A DNA stretch of 64,000 bases from Vicugna vicugna (taxonomy: Eukaryota). Positions within the stretch are counted from its first letter, which is position 1. Each line of letters begins with the position of its first letter. Under the pieces are notes generated by a model. It was not told where the DNA came from. It searched no databases and saw only the letters and a program-made list of their open reading frames with translations. Below, piece by piece: positions 39,112 through 52,739 of the stretch. The stretch lies in the NCBI GenBank assembly GCA_013265495.1, contig MU058781.1, positions 8,971,009 to 9,035,008 on the forward strand. The letters run 5' to 3'. The translations under genes and the position numbers were made by a program.

Positions 39112-39798
39112 TGCAATCTGTATGTTAATGACTTGAATATTCTCGAGGTCTCTCAGTTACTGCAGTGCAGTAGCTTTGCAGCAGCTGGATAATCCAGATG
39201 TACTAAGTAGGTTCAGTAGATTTTCCCAGCTACTTGGCTCGTTGGCTTGGTCTCTGCTTCGGAGGCTCAGTAAGGATTGCAGAGGTTCCTGTCTACCTCT
39301 GTGATAAACAGCTTTTCCTAGAACAGCTCACAGACAGGGCAGTGTTCAGGTTTAAGTAGACTCTGTAATATTGTGTTTGGCAGGAGAGGCCATTTAAAAA
39401 AAAATCAAAGCAGCCCTCATAACGAGATTCCTTTTTGAAAGGTATTACTGATCAAAAAATACAGCTCACAACTGGAAATTGTTTGGTTTAAATAACTGCA
39501 TCCTCTTCTCCTTCCTCCCCACTCAGTCCTTCCCCTAAAAGGAGATTGAGATGAAAAATACGTAGGATTACTTGAAGCTTTCATCTTTCTTAGTGATCAC
39601 CCTGGAAGAATTTTTTTCAATACTTCATTTAAGTAGAATCTTATTCTTGGTTAAATTTATACAAAAACTACCATGTGTTCACCTACAACCTCAATTTCCT
39701 TGTGTTGAATTTCATGTATTTTCTCAGTTGTCTATCATCAAGAGGAACTAGGGAGAGAGGATAGGTCTGAACCAGGCTACTCCCATTTAAATTCCATG

Positions 39799-39846
39799 AT
39801 ATGTGTGTGTGTGCGCGCGTGTGTGCGTGTGTGCACGCACACATGC
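39799..39846. repeat. Alternating purine-pyrimidine (TG/CG/CA) tract
   Basis: 48 bp of uninterrupted RY alternation including gcgcgcg. Confidence 0.9.
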
Positions 39847-41107
39847 TCAGAGCTAATTACTGGTTGCAATAAATATGGTAGATTTTCAATTTAGCTTCAT
39901 CTCTGAGACAAGGAAGTAATATCAAAGGGGAAAAACAGAATAAGTGAAGAGAAACAAATAGATCAATTTTCTTTAAAATAAAGATATTTAGTATTCATTT
40001 TTTTAGGTCATCATTGCTAATTCTCAATATTGTATACCTGTCAGCAGCATAGCAGGACTTATGTGTGCTTGAAGAAGCTACATTTTCACAGCAGGAGAGG
40101 AAAACAGAATAAAGCATTGAGATGCAGGTGCACAGTAATACAAGTGGGCTCTTTCCCTGCAGCCTGAATGCCTGGCCAAGAAAGCAGAAGCTCTCCAGCT
40201 CAGCTCTCAGGGTCTCCCGGAGCTAAGCCAAGAGGCGTGGGGGTGGGGGTGGGGGGAGCAGGACAGAATAGTTGTTATTCAGTCTTCTTTAATGAAATGT
40301 ATTGCCCACTGCTGAAAGATTGTGGCAGTGTCTTTTGTTATGCTAATTAGACACCATTAGAGCTTGGCCGTCTTTGATTTCTGCTTAATCCTTTCTGCTT
40401 CCTCTGCCTCCATCCCGACTGGCAAATGGTTGAAAGATGGTGGGTGTACTGCTCGTGTTATTTATTGCTCACATCTATGCTAAGTTCTTTGGTAATAGGG
40501 TCAGGAACAAAAGATTTATCTTACCAAAGACAGTATGTATTCTGGACCTTCATTTTTGGCTTTTTCAAAAATAAATTTGAGAATGATCGATTTCTGCATT
40601 TTAAGTCCAAACACTATTCTTTTTTTATATGGTTGCTTTTGCAGCCACACAAAATGGGAAATGACAGATTGGAAAATTTAGATGGCCTCTCTCCTTGGTT
40701 GCCTGGATTACTCGGAAAACAACGAGCAAGTTGATCGTGCCTTAAGTTTTTGGCGAGGCTAGGGTCAACCAGGAAAAGGGAAGCAAGATTAATTTAAAGG
40801 TCAAAAAGAGAAATTCAGCAGTTCAAAATTCCTGCCTTTAACAATTTATAGATATGTATGTATTTTTTCCTAAAATTAAAGCATTTCATTTACATAATTA
40901 GTGCAATTAAGGGTATTTGTGGTGAGTTAAAAAGATTTTTTTTTTGAAAAATGATCAATATGGTTCTTAAAATAGAGAAAGGAGGAATTTCTGTTAAATG
41001 TTTTAAAACTACACAGTAATGTGTTAGAGCAGTGCTGTCCAATGAAAATGAACCACAGATGTTATTTTAAATTTTCTGGTAAGCTACACTAAAAAAGTAA
41101 GAAGAGA

Positions 41108-41206
41108 GGGATAGGTATAGCCCAGTGATAGAATGCATGCTTAGCATGCATGAGGTCCTGGGTTCAATCCCCAGTACCTGCATTAAAAAAATGAAATAAA
41201 AATAAA
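41108..41206 (+). mobile_element. tRNA-derived SINE (vic-1 type) nested in MER33
   Basis: ggtatagcccagtgatagaatgcatgcttagcatgcatgaggtcctgggttcaatccccagtacc followed by an A-rich tail. Confidence 0.88.
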
Positions 41207-41269
41207 CAGGTGAGGTTAATTTTTATATATATTTTATTTAATTCAGGATATAAAAAAATACTATCATTT

Positions 41270-41664
41270 TATTGACCTACAACAAATAGACTGCCATTTG
41301 TTTCTCTAGGGAAAATGTGGGTTTATTCTAGAGCAAGAAACAATTACAGTTTAGGATCTGCAACCACGGTGAGCCACATGCAAGTCCCTACACAGCAAGG
41401 AGAGGAGAACTCTTTTAAAGAGGGGGAAAGAAAGTTGGGAGGGCTGTAGTGAACAAAGAGTTCATTGGAGGAATTGAGAGTTTGGAGCACTGTTGTGACT
41501 TTTCATTAGCTGAGTTATTTCAGTCTCTGATTGGCTGAGCTCTTGCCAGGAAAGAAAAGAAAGTCTTTCTCCTTCCTATTAGGCTCCTCTCTCACCATGA
41601 AACTCAGAACTTCCCCTTCTGGCCACACAACTCTAATTGAGATTTCTATTTATTAATTTTAACC
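41270..41664 (-). mobile_element. ERV1-type solo LTR (~395 bp) nested in MER33
   Basis: Interrupts MER33 at a duplicated ATTT (41266-41269, 41665-41668). Decayed termini (TA...CC for TG...CA); minus-strand AATAAA and CCAAT motifs. Confidence 0.75.
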
Positions 41665-42743
41665 ATTTCAACACATAATCAATATAAAGTTAATGAGTGA
41701 GTCTACATTCTTTTATTTAAAATCTGGTATTTTATACTGGTGTGTGTTTTACAGCACATCTCAGTTTGTATTTGCCCATTTCAAGTTCTCAACAGTCACT
41801 TGTGGCTAGTGGCCACTATAATGGATGGTGCAGGTTTAGATTAATTCGTTAATTCACCACGTGCCTAAAAGCAACCGTCAGGATAAAATCCATTTTTGAT
41901 GTTGTGGATAAGTATTATGAGCTGTATGACTGACCATGTCACTTATTGTCTAAGGAGTGAGCCTTATCTCTGAATTGAAGAGTTTGAACTAAATGATCTA
42001 TTAATTCCTCCACCTGTGCCAGTTCTGAATTCATGATTCAAAAATTCTCATTTAGAACCTGAGTAAGGTAGAACTTATCCATCCTCTCCTATAATTTAGT
42101 ATCTGAAAAGAAGCCTTCTTTCCCCACAAGGAAAATTGGGAGGTGTCCTATATGCCACACCCACACCTTTTTTCTCCCAGTGTCTGAATCTTTCTCTAAA
42201 TTCTTTTGAGTCTTGTATTGTTTTGATAAAGTGTTTGGTAGTGTAGGAGACTGAAGATGCCCAGTCCTCAGTGCTTTTGGAATGAGGGCTTTGGGCAAAT
42301 GTGAGGCTAGTTGGCAGTAATTACTGCACATTAGTAGATTAAACACTAAATCTCTCTCTAAAACTCAGCTGCCTTTCTGTCTGCCTTTCTCTTTGTAATT
42401 TGGATCATTTATGGTGTCATCAGTTAAACAAAAATTCTAAAGACACTTTCCAAGAAGATAATCTGCTCTTTAGTTCGAAGATGTGAAGATTGTCACCTTT
42501 GTGCCGATATGAAAAGCTCATCAAAGAAAATTGGCCCCATCTTGCTCAATAATGGCTGATAGGGACCAATGGGAAAAGATCAGGAAGGTAGGAGCAAGTG
42601 GAGATAATTATTCAATCTCTGAATGGAAATTTTAATAAAAAAAAGGCTTCCACATAGATATCCCATATTGACCCCACTTGGTCATCCCATTAATAAGAGC
42701 TCATGAATAGATATTACTGGCAACATCTAGCCTTAGGGCTTTT

Positions 42744-42868
42744 TTTTTTTTTAAGGGTAAGGTAGTTAGGTTTATTTATTTTTTTATTTTTAGAGGAAGT
42801 ACTGCGGATTAAACCCAGGATCTCATGCATGCTAAGCTTGCCCTCTACCACTTGAGCTATACCCTCCC
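42744..42868 (-). mobile_element. tRNA-derived SINE (vic-1 type), long-tail form
   Basis: Reverse complement GGGAGGGTATAGCTCAAGTGGTAGAGGGC...AAATAAACCTAACTACC...A tail. TSD ctagccttagggctttt (42727-42743) / ctacctttaggactttt (42869-42885), 14/17. Confidence 0.88.
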
Positions 42869-45800
42869 CTACCTTTAGGACTTTTGGTAGTTTTAAATGT
42901 TGAGCACTTTCCTATGGTGCTTGGGCATTGTAGAGCTTGCCTAGTATGGAGAAAAAATAGTTGTAACATACTTGTGCCAAGTCTGTGATGTGGAAGGGCC
43001 ACTTGTTTGAGTTGGTTAAGAGACCAGATTTCAGGTTATGTGTTCTTATTACAATTAAAAAAAAATCTGTAAAAGCATTGTAGGTAATACCTTAGAGTGT
43101 TCTAGAATACTGGAAATGTACAGGTAGGTGGTTAACACTTGGCTGGTTTTCAAATTGGAAGTTCAGTCAGCACTCAGGTTCAGGTTCTAGTGCTGGAAAG
43201 GGGATATCAGGTTGGCATTTGTTGTGTAACTATTTGCTGTCGAGAATTGATGTTTAGAATTACATTTACCAAACCAATAAAACACTGTTACTGTGTTGCT
43301 ACTGTTGGCTTTCAACCAGCAGAAGAAAACTGCTTTGTTATTAAGAATGAGATTTGCCTCCAAAGAGGAAGAGGCTCCCTTGGGTTGCCTTTCTTTGACT
43401 GGGTTGGGCACATGGCTAGAAGAAAACCAGCCAGCAACTGAAGGCAAAAAGCACAAGGGCCTTTGCTGGAAGAAATTTCAAAGTCTGATTTGATTCAGCA
43501 GAACCACCTTCTGTCTGGTCTTTGTATCTTGCATCTTTGCTTGGGGAGGAAGGACTTTCAAAAAGCCATAATTTTTCTTTTTCAGTTTTTCTTTGTGTTT
43601 AGGTTATTTCTGTAATGAGAGTAAAGACTAATAGGGCCTGGAAAATACTCATGGCAACAAATAGAGAAACATAAATTAAACACTTGGAGGTATGGATATT
43701 TGACCTCAAAGGAACATTCTTTCCCTTTTGAATATATTTAATTCTAATACTAAGTAGAGCTAGAGAATATTGGGGTTTTTTTCACGCAAAGGATAGTGTT
43801 TTTTAAAAATCGAATAAATGTATTTCCTGTCATTGTTTAAGAGTCAGATACAAGTCCAGCCCCTTTTACAATGAACTGTCCCACCTCTCCTCCCAGGAAT
43901 CCTTTAGTGGACCAGTAAACTGAGGGCAAGCATTTTGAATACGATGGACTTAGAGGCTCATTACTTGTTTTCTAAGCTATCATCATTTTTGACACACATT
44001 TCTGTGTCATGGCCCTATTTCATTATAGAATGGCATTGTGGAGTAAGGATGATATTAAATTTTAATGTTATTGCTATTATTACTGTTGACTGTTTTTAGC
44101 ATAAGTCTGCCTGGTTCTTTAATTCCAGCTTCTGCAGGGCCAGAAAACAGAAGTGTGCATAAACAGCCAGGAAAATTACTGTATACCCTGGAGACCCAGC
44201 ATCGCATGCTCTGCCTGTTGTGAATGATGAATCAAAATGGAAAGGTTATCATTTTCATTAGCTAGGAAAGAACAAGACCATACTTTTCTCCAAGTGTAAT
44301 TACAGTGGTTCACTGGCAACATTACACTGCAGTAATTAGTCTAAAGGTGTATGTGAGGGCAGGCTTTTGCACAGACACTAGAAATATTATTTCAGAGTTT
44401 AAGGTCACAGCCTTGTGTTTAACATGTTCCAGGCAGCTTAGGGGGGGAAAAAAAACTAATTTGACTGGAGCTAAAGAAAGACGTTTGACATTTCCCAGAG
44501 TCATGCATTCAGAAATCAGTCAGGTATAAAAATTGTATTTTATTATCTACAATAATAAAAAAAAATACTTAGCTGCAGAAGTAGCATGTCAGAATATTGT
44601 GTAGGACAACAGAGATAAAATTCAAGTTTATTAGGAACATGCTGTAAATAATTATGAGAGTGTTTGATAGGTGGGTTTTAATCCATTTTTTTCTCTAAGG
44701 CAATTGGACAGAAAAATTAATTGCTAGAAACTTTTCAGGAGAAGAAAAATAATTTCAATCCCTTCTTATAACTGTTTTCAAGAAATAAATATTTCTCTTA
44801 CACGGGTCTTGAAATACATATCTATCCTTTTTGAATGGTTGGTTGGTTTTGGGGGGGGTTTTGGGTTTTTTTTTTGGTAATCTGAGCAGTTATATTGAAT
44901 TATTGAAATCTCTCTAAGCTAACCCTTCAGAGTAGAAAGTGAATTGCAGTTATTTTCCAAAACCGTACCTCAGATTTTCTGTTTCAGTAAAAGAAAAGGG
45001 AAGCGGGGGGGACTAATAAAGAGAAAAGTACAATTTATGTGAATTATATTTTAAAGCCATATATGGGTTTAAAAGAAATTCTTTGCTTCTCCTCGTCCAC
45101 GGAGTACTTACACAAGTAACATTTCTCACTGGATTAAAGGTAGGAGCCCACATACTCTCATGTCTTTGTTCAACGTCAGTGTTACCTTCCTGTCTTGAAG
45201 CAGTCCTTTTTAGTTTCTCTCTTTAAATCCATAGATGGCCATGCAGAATATTGTTTTAGGACTAATGGAGAAGTAGGGTGTACTTGAATGAGCATTCGTT
45301 CAGGAACCAAATTTGGTTAGGAACCGCTGCTTTTTAAATGCAAGTGTGTGTTTTCTGTGTGTTATCTGGCCATATGGTTAAAAGTGATGTTTCTCACCAC
45401 TTCAGGCACTTGGGAAATTTTAAGCAGAGATGTGACACAAATAACACAGCCAGCTGATTATGTAACATACTGAAAATCTATCCCAAAATTGAATTTAAAA
45501 AAACACTGCTTTTTGTTTGTCACAGATGTTTCTCTGCTCAAGGAAAAGCCATGCGCTGCAGAATTAGATCCATGATGTACATTTTCTACAGCTAGCAATT
45601 GAATAGGAGACATCAAGTAGTGGGAATGGTTCCAAACCTTCTCCTCTCTGCCACTGAGCAAATCACCATGGCTTGCTGGACCTCAGTTTCCTCTCTGTGA
45701 AATCAGAGACTGCTAAGCCCCCTTCAGGTCCTTACCTTCTTTTTCTGTGTAGGGGAATACGGTCTTTATTTTCTGCCTTTGTGGTTAAACAAAACAAAAC

Positions 45801-46843
45801 AAAAAAGAAGAGCTTTTCTCTTCCCTTTCAACAAAGCCTGGAAAATTCTCTTCCACTCATTCTTTCATAGTCAGGGCTGTCGTTCTTAGCAGCTCTGTGT
45901 GATCAACAGTAGGTGCAGGATTCTGTGGGGGTTTTCCTGTACCTTCCCTTACCTCAGTGACCCAATCTGTGAAATGGAGAGATGACTTTTACAAGACTAT
46001 TTTCATAGTTCATTTTTCATAACTTATATTTTTGAAGTCAGGTTAAAATGGACTAAATGAAGTTCCACACCTCTTAGGAAAAGCCGCTTTCTTCACTGAC
46101 ATTTGATGAATAAATTACAAAATATGTCTAGCTTGTTAAAGCAGGTGCCGGGACTGACAGCCACTTTGCCAAGTTCTGAAGTTCAAACTTTGTAAATGGG
46201 AGCTGAGATTCCCATAGAAATGCAGGGAGTTGTATTCCCATCCCAAGTTCCTGAACTCTAAAATGCCCTAGAAATTAAATAAGCATTTTATTTAATCAAC
46301 TCTAAATTATATACCCCATAAACCAAATCAGAAGAAAAGGGCCATCTTTCTTAAGATTTTTTTAAAAAGGGTTTTATTGGGAAGATTTTGACAGGATTCT
46401 TTAGGTTCAGGTCTCTGAATAGCTTTACGAGAGGCTCTGTAAAAATTTTTTTTGGTGGATTTTAAAGACCACGTTGTTACTTTAAGTACAGCAAGAAAGT
46501 AGCTGTAATTTGCAGAGGGCTCTAAGCATACATTTACTGTGAGAAAAGAGACAGCCTAGATTTAGAGTCCATATTTCCTTCGTCTGAAACCTTGTGAGCA
46601 GACCAAGTCTACCATGAATGATGACTTAGAAGTTTGGAGCTGAAAGTTCCTTTAAATATTATAATCCACTTCCTCTTCAGCCCTGCTCCCTCCCCACCTC
46701 CCTGTCACTTCTGCCAAACTTTCATTTTTTCTAGGAGGAAAGTAAAGGCCCAAAACATAGCCAAATCTCTTTTACCTTAAAAATAATCTACTCAGACCCA
46801 TGTCCTCCCACTCTACTGTCCAAGTTGAATATGTGGCATTTGA

Positions 46844-47300
46844 TTTTTTTTTTAATTGAAATACAGTTGATCTACAATGTTGTATTAGTTTCTGGTGTAC
46901 AGCAAAGTGATTCAGTTATATATATATGGGTATGTATATACACATATATAAGCACATATATACATATATAAGCATAGAAATACATACATACATACATATA
47001 AAATACAGAAGAATTATATTCATTTTCAGATTCTTTTCCATTGTAGTTTATTACAAGATACTGAATATACTTCCCTGTGCTGTACAGTAGGACTTTGTTG
47101 TTTATCTCTTTTATATATAGTGATGTGTATAAATTAATCCCATAATGGTTTTATCCCAAACTCCAAATTTATCCCTCCCTTCCTTTCTCCTTTGGTATCC
47201 ATAAGTTTGTTTTCTATGTCTGTGAGTGTGTGAGTCTGTGTCTGTTTTGTAAATAAGTTCATTTGTAGCATTTTTTTTAGATTCCACATATAAGGGAAAT
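46844..47300 (-). mobile_element. 5'-truncated artiodactyl-type L1 3' end (ORF2 stop region, 3' UTR, A tail)
   Basis: Similar to the 3' ends of the L1s at 21719 and 37761 (tagattccacatat, ttccctgtgctgtacagtagg). Diverged TSD tggcatttgattttttt (46834-46850) / tgggattggatattttt (47301-47317), 14/17 identical. Internal TA/CA-rich expansion. Confidence 0.88.
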
Positions 47301-50300
47301 TGGGATTGGATATTTTTGAATAACCCTTCTTTCTATTCCCCTCCCCTTGGTTCTGTTAGGGCCGTCAGTTCCTTCTCCCTGAGAGTCACTTTCTCCTTTC
47401 TTCCTGTCCTTGAAAGTTCCAGTTATCTTAAAATCACCCTCTGGACCATTCTTTGGGTTTACAATATTTGTGTCTTAATCATTTCTGCTGAACAGCCAGC
47501 CATATTGTGCCACCAGTCACCAAGTTCATGAAAACCATTATTTTTAACCTCCTCTATATTCTTTAAAATATATATGTATATATTCTATAAAGTCAGGGGT
47601 TTATTCATTTTTTAAATTACACAAGCAGTCTTCCTGTTAACTTCCTCTTCAAAGGGCTTGTCTCAAGTCAGTGACATAACCTTGCACTCCTGTCGGAGGT
47701 TCCAGCTGTTGAGGAAGGTTCTGTCAGGGCTGGTGAGTAGAGAGGGGCCGCCTTCTCAGCAGAACACCACAGTGCCAGATGAGAGCAGACGTCACGGAGC
47801 CTCAGAGCAGACACAGGGTGTTGTCTGTCATTCTCCGTCTGTAGGACAAGTCCATCCCTTCTAGCAGATCCACTCTGCCGTTAGCATAACAGATAGCGGG
47901 GTGGTTGGAACCCCAGTGGTCTCTGGATGACTGTCACCTTACCACCTTTCTCCAGGAGCCCTGCTTTTTTTCTGTGAGACTGGGACTTCCTTGCTGGATA
48001 GCAGAGGCATTCTTAAGCCAATCAGGATGGTTGCCCTGAATCTTGTATGGTCTTTAGCTATACTGAGTTATCATGTGGGGTTGGGGGGAAAACAGTTGGA
48101 AAGCAGAGAGGAAGGTGGCTCATTTTCAGAAAGATTTGAGGCTTCTGTTCTTACCTTTGGCCCCTAAGTTTGTCACCAAGACAGAGTTGCCTCTTCCAGA
48201 GTTCCAGCTAAACTGCCCCCTTCCTTAACTTTGTTGTTGTTTTTAAGGTTATTTGAAACAGTTGATTTTCTTAAAGATTGTATTTGATATTACTTCATTG
48301 CAACTTCATCCTTAAAAAAAAAAAGCACTGGGTAGAGCATTTATTTGTTTCTGTTGGCTTTTTTAGGGGGCGGGGATAGATTGCATCAGCTTTTGATCCA
48401 AGTCCTCGCTTGCTTAGGCTCATTTTGGCTCAGCATCTTCTGGGGAACTTGAAGAATCTCACCAATGAAACAAAATCCATGACTGAGAGAACCAAAAAGG
48501 TGACTGGAGACGTGTTTGCCACTGTAAATTACTGCCCATAGCAGTTTTACTGAATCCCTTTGGCAAATAATAGTGAAAAACTCACGAGCAAGTGGTTCTC
48601 TGACGGTTGATCAAAAGCCCTGCCCTCTACTGTAGAAACATAGCAAGTCTTTCTAACTCTGTGTGTAAATTACTGTCATTATTCTCTCCAGATAAAATCG
48701 AATAGCCCCAAAATGATGACTACAACTGTCCACATTAGTTTCAGCAAGAGGAAGGAAGCAGCATATGTTTTCAGTAGCTCTGTAATCTCGTATTGTATTA
48801 GATTAATTTCCTGAAAACTTAATGTTAGATGAAGTGTAATTGCAGATTTCCTTAAGAACCATTGACAGATACTTATCCTGAGTTATAAGCAACTCACACT
48901 GTGAAAGGAGTGCAAACATTCTGTGTTTTCTTCCAGAAGAATATACCTCAGTGAAAGCCAATACCCATCAGTCTTTTTTAAGAAACTGGGCCATTAAAGC
49001 TCAAAGTAGAAGTTGGGGGAACTTTCTTGTTGTTGCTCCTTGATTTTTTTTTCTAAAGAGATTAAGGTTGCAGGAACTTCACTGGTTTTCAGGGAGTGAA
49101 GGAAGTGGGTCTTTGATGAGCATCGTCCTAGAGACTGCACCACCTTGGCTGAGGGGAGCTGCATGTGAATGAGTGTGAAAAAGAGCGCAAATGATGGTGT
49201 GTTTAGGTGTTGGCATTGTATGCTGGAGAAGAGAGCTTGATGTTTTGGGGTTTTTCTTTTTAATTGTTAGGTGGTCTCCTTGGTGCAGCTGTGTTTATGT
49301 TTCCTAAATGGTAACTGCCTGAACAGGGTGACAAGTCCCTGCATATGAGAATAGAGATTTCATTTAAAAAATCTTGCCAGTGTGCTTTAATATGGAGGGT
49401 TGTATTTATCGAGTATCAATGGCAAAAATAATTCCAGGGACAACCATTCAGTACAGCTGGTTTGCTCCATCAGACATTTTGACAATCTTGTAAAAAAAAA
49501 AAAAAGTAATTGATACTTTAAATGTTGCATTTCACAGTGGAATAAACTTGGAAATGGCAGAATATTTTAGAATGGTCACATTGCTTTAACCAATGTTCTG
49601 GCTGATTTAACTCCTTGGTTATTAAAAATGCATGCTCAGATCATAAATATAGATCCTGTAGAGAATTAACGGTCCTATATTTTTGCTGTCTTCACCTTAA
49701 ATGAAATGACCATGGGGTCATGGCTGCAGCAAAAAAGAGACAGTCGCGCATGACACAGAAAATGCATATAATAAGTAAATAACTGAATTAATCAGTAATT
49801 TCAGAATCACGTAGAACGTGAGAAATGTTTCAGTATAAGGACTTAATGATTGGTTTTTGAGGCATTTTCTCTAGTGTTACATCCCTCATAACTCGAATGA
49901 ATGTTTATTACCAGTTTCCTATTGCCAAAATATTTTCATGAATTTGGATTAGAAGCAGCTTGTTCTAGCTTGTTTTGCAACTTTGTTTCAAGAAACAAAG
50001 TGAGATTTAGAAGATTTTTGTATGTCTTAGAAGCCTTAATTATCGAACTTATGTTGAAGGAGGAAATAAGATCAAGTTTTGTTTCATAATTCTGTAAGAA
50101 AGAAGATTACATACTCTACACATTTTATATTAATATACAGATAATAATGTCTTTCAGGAAATTTGAATCAGTGATTCTTGTATTGACTGTTAAGTAGCTA
50201 GCAATCTAGAATCTACTTTAAATTCAAGAAGACATCACTTACCAGTCTGTAACTATTTTGGTTGACATTTAGTTTGGATTCTCAGGGATTTACCGTGACC

Positions 50301-50330
50301 TGTCCTTTTTCTTCCCCCTTCTCTCTGCAG

Positions 50331-50414
50331 GTTGGTGAAAGACAACAAGTGTTAGTAACGGAAGAATCTTTTGATTGCAAGTTTTACGTTGCACACAATC
50401 GATTCTATGAGCAG
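50331..50414 (+). CDS. CDKAL1: CDKAL1 internal coding exon (84 bp, phase 0/0; equivalent to human exon 14), TRAM domain N-terminal part
   Basis: Polypyrimidine tract and acceptor ccttctctctgcag|G at 50330/50331; donor CAG|gtaaga at 50414/50415. Translates to [28 protein letters not shown], nearly identical to recalled mammalian CDKAL1 ([28 protein letters not shown]). Confidence 0.97.
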
Positions 50415-52739
50415 GTAAGAGACACTTCCGTATTCTTAGGATTTCTCCAGAATGAGAAGGAGTTCTGAAAGCACCTCAATGTAAGCAAAAGGGACTTAAA
50501 GTAGGGGAGTGTGGTAGAGTCTTGTCATAGGAAGGCTATTTTATAGCATCAAGCCAGCCAGGCTAACAGGAGGCTTATCTTTGTGGCTTAATCTACAAAA
50601 CATTCTATACAAAGGAATGAGTGTGTTTTAGTCCTCATTAATCTTTGACAGGGCCCGCCGCTGGCTTTGGGGAGTTCGGAACAGGCAGTTATCACTGCCA
50701 GGATCCCCACAGCCTGGCAGCGTTAGAGGGGAGAGTTCTGTCCGGAAGACAGGAAGGATGTCTGAACCGGGGCATCAGCCTGGAAGGGCAGTGCTTTCCT
50801 CTCGCTGTCACAGGACTCACACGGGTTTGGGTGGGTGGGTTGGTTGGTTGGCTTTTTTAGTTTTGTTTAGTTCTAGTTGTTTTGTTTTGGTTTTGTTTTT
50901 TTTTCCACTTCGATAGAAAATGCTAGGGGCAAAGGGAAAAGAGTCTGTTTGTTGGACTCGGCTCAAATCTTGTGAACAACTCTGGAGACCAGCACGAGGA
51001 GCAGACCAACTTGACTTTGAGAGTTTCCTTCAAGGCCAGCCCGAAGGGCTCCCACTCACTGTCCGCCTGTCCCTGCTCGTAGAAGCTCGCTGCTCTGCCC
51101 CACCCGCAGCCAGGCCTCTGTGTCAGCGTTTGGGATTCTGCTTCCCCAGGTGGCAAAGCCACTCACAAGTGACTGGAGGAAACAGAGTGCCTCCTGCAGG
51201 GCCACTGACCCTGGGAAGGGCCAAGGAGGAGGTGGCATGCCTTTCTAGCAGAGAGGGGCTTCGGGGCTTAGGGGTTTCATAAGCTGTTCCTGGATTGTAC
51301 TAATTTTTCTTAATCTCAAGTGGGTTTTCATACTTTTTTACTCCTTTCTCATCAAATGAGAAGGGAAATTCTTTTCTGTGGGTTGTGGCTTGGGAAGGCT
51401 CTTAAGGCCAGGGAGGGCAAGTCAGCCAAGGGATGGTCAAGAGAAGCGGACCGCCCGTGTGAGGGAAAAGCGGGGAGCCATGGCTGAAGAGGCCTCCAGT
51501 GCTGATGTTCCGCGTGGAGCAACCTCCGACTGGGCACTGGGGCCACAGGACATGTCAGGGAGCTTCTTAAGGCCCAGATCGAGCATGTCCCTTTTGATCC
51601 CCGTCGAGACTACAGTCGAGGACGGATTCCCAGCACTCCATGTTCGAGCTGAGTCTCGCCCCCATTTTCCATCTCATTAATTGACTCCAGAGAGCCATTT
51701 TCCGATTCAGGCCAACCTTCTGCTCAGCCCTCAGGAGAAGCTTGATTATATTTTGGTTGCCTCTTTCCTCTCCTTTCTCTTGCTATCTGGGTTTTCACCT
51801 CAGCAGGGAACTTCTCCCCCCTTCATTTTAAAGGCGATGGCATGCCTCATTAGCTGTTTCCTCCCATTTAAAGCAGTCGGGCTCTTTCCAATTATTAAAA
51901 CCGGAGGGGGAAGGAAACACTGAGCCCTTCATTCAGATCAAGGCAGCAGATCAAGGGGAGTTCTTTTCCCCCAGAATAGTACCACATCTCCCAGGGATAG
52001 TTTCCTCCAGAGATTTTCTTGTTTTATAAAAACTGATTTAAAAGGGCTTTCAGATCCTGACACTAACGTTCTTTTAGTTCATTTGCTTGCCGTGAGTAAC
52101 CCACCGCCCAGGTGACCTTTCTCCTATGCTTTGATGAAGCAGTGCACTCAGTGGCCATAAAAAATCAAACTCAGAAAGACCGAGATCCAATTCTGCCTCA
52201 CAGAGAAATTGGCTGTGGAACTTCTGGCTCTGATCTGAGGTTGCTTTTTTTTTTTTTTTTTTGTCTCTACAACCAAGCATATGAAAGATTTCATAGGAAT
52301 CATTTTCCTAAAAAAAGATGACTCCCAGAAGTGAAGATTGTATCTAGATATCAAACTATTGCTGAATGAGAATTAGTCTGTTTATTTTGGATTCTGACTT
52401 GAAAAGACTGGCAAGTAGGTCCAGGACTGAAACAGAAGTGTGAGGGAGACCTAACACACAGAATGCGTGTAAGTCCCAAAGGAGGGGAGGCATCCTCGAG
52501 GTAAACAAGTACCTTTACAGGCATCTCTAGTGGAAGCAGACCATCCGACAGTTTCCTGTGAACCAGCCAAAGTGTCCTTCCTAGGAGCTGATACTATATG
52601 GAGGTTGGACTAATGAATACATGGATTTTATAACAGAGCCAAAGAAATGAAGGGCAACTGTCAGTTTAAAAGAGTCATTTAGCTCCAAACACCAAGTCTT
52701 AGAATATTGAAAAGGTGGCTTTTAAATGTTCTTCATCCT

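Larger units (their letters stand above)
41030..41833 (-). mobile_element. MER33 (hAT-Charlie MITE), split by a SINE and an LTR
   Basis: Starts cagtgctgtccaat and ends cacttgtggctagtggccactataatggatggtgcag. The three pieces are collinear with the recalled MER33 consensus. 8-bp flanks tgttagag / gtttagat resemble the Charlie NTCTAGAN target. Confidence 0.85.
1..50330 (+). other. CDKAL1: CDKAL1 large intron (3' part; upstream exon lies outside the window)
   Basis: I found no match to the expected preceding exon (KKQRTKDLSRVFHSYSPYDHK-like) by eye. Repeat-rich noncoding sequence ending in a canonical acceptor. Confidence 0.85.

Noticed and set aside
40238..40257. G-quadruplex candidates (also ~6188-6205 and ~16883-16904)
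   Set aside because: Only three clearly separated G3+ runs each.
50262..50468. ORF-track 68-aa ORF (and the 90-aa ORF at 53544-53816) as standalone genes
   Set aside because: They are CDKAL1 exons read through into intron; splice sites define the real boundaries.
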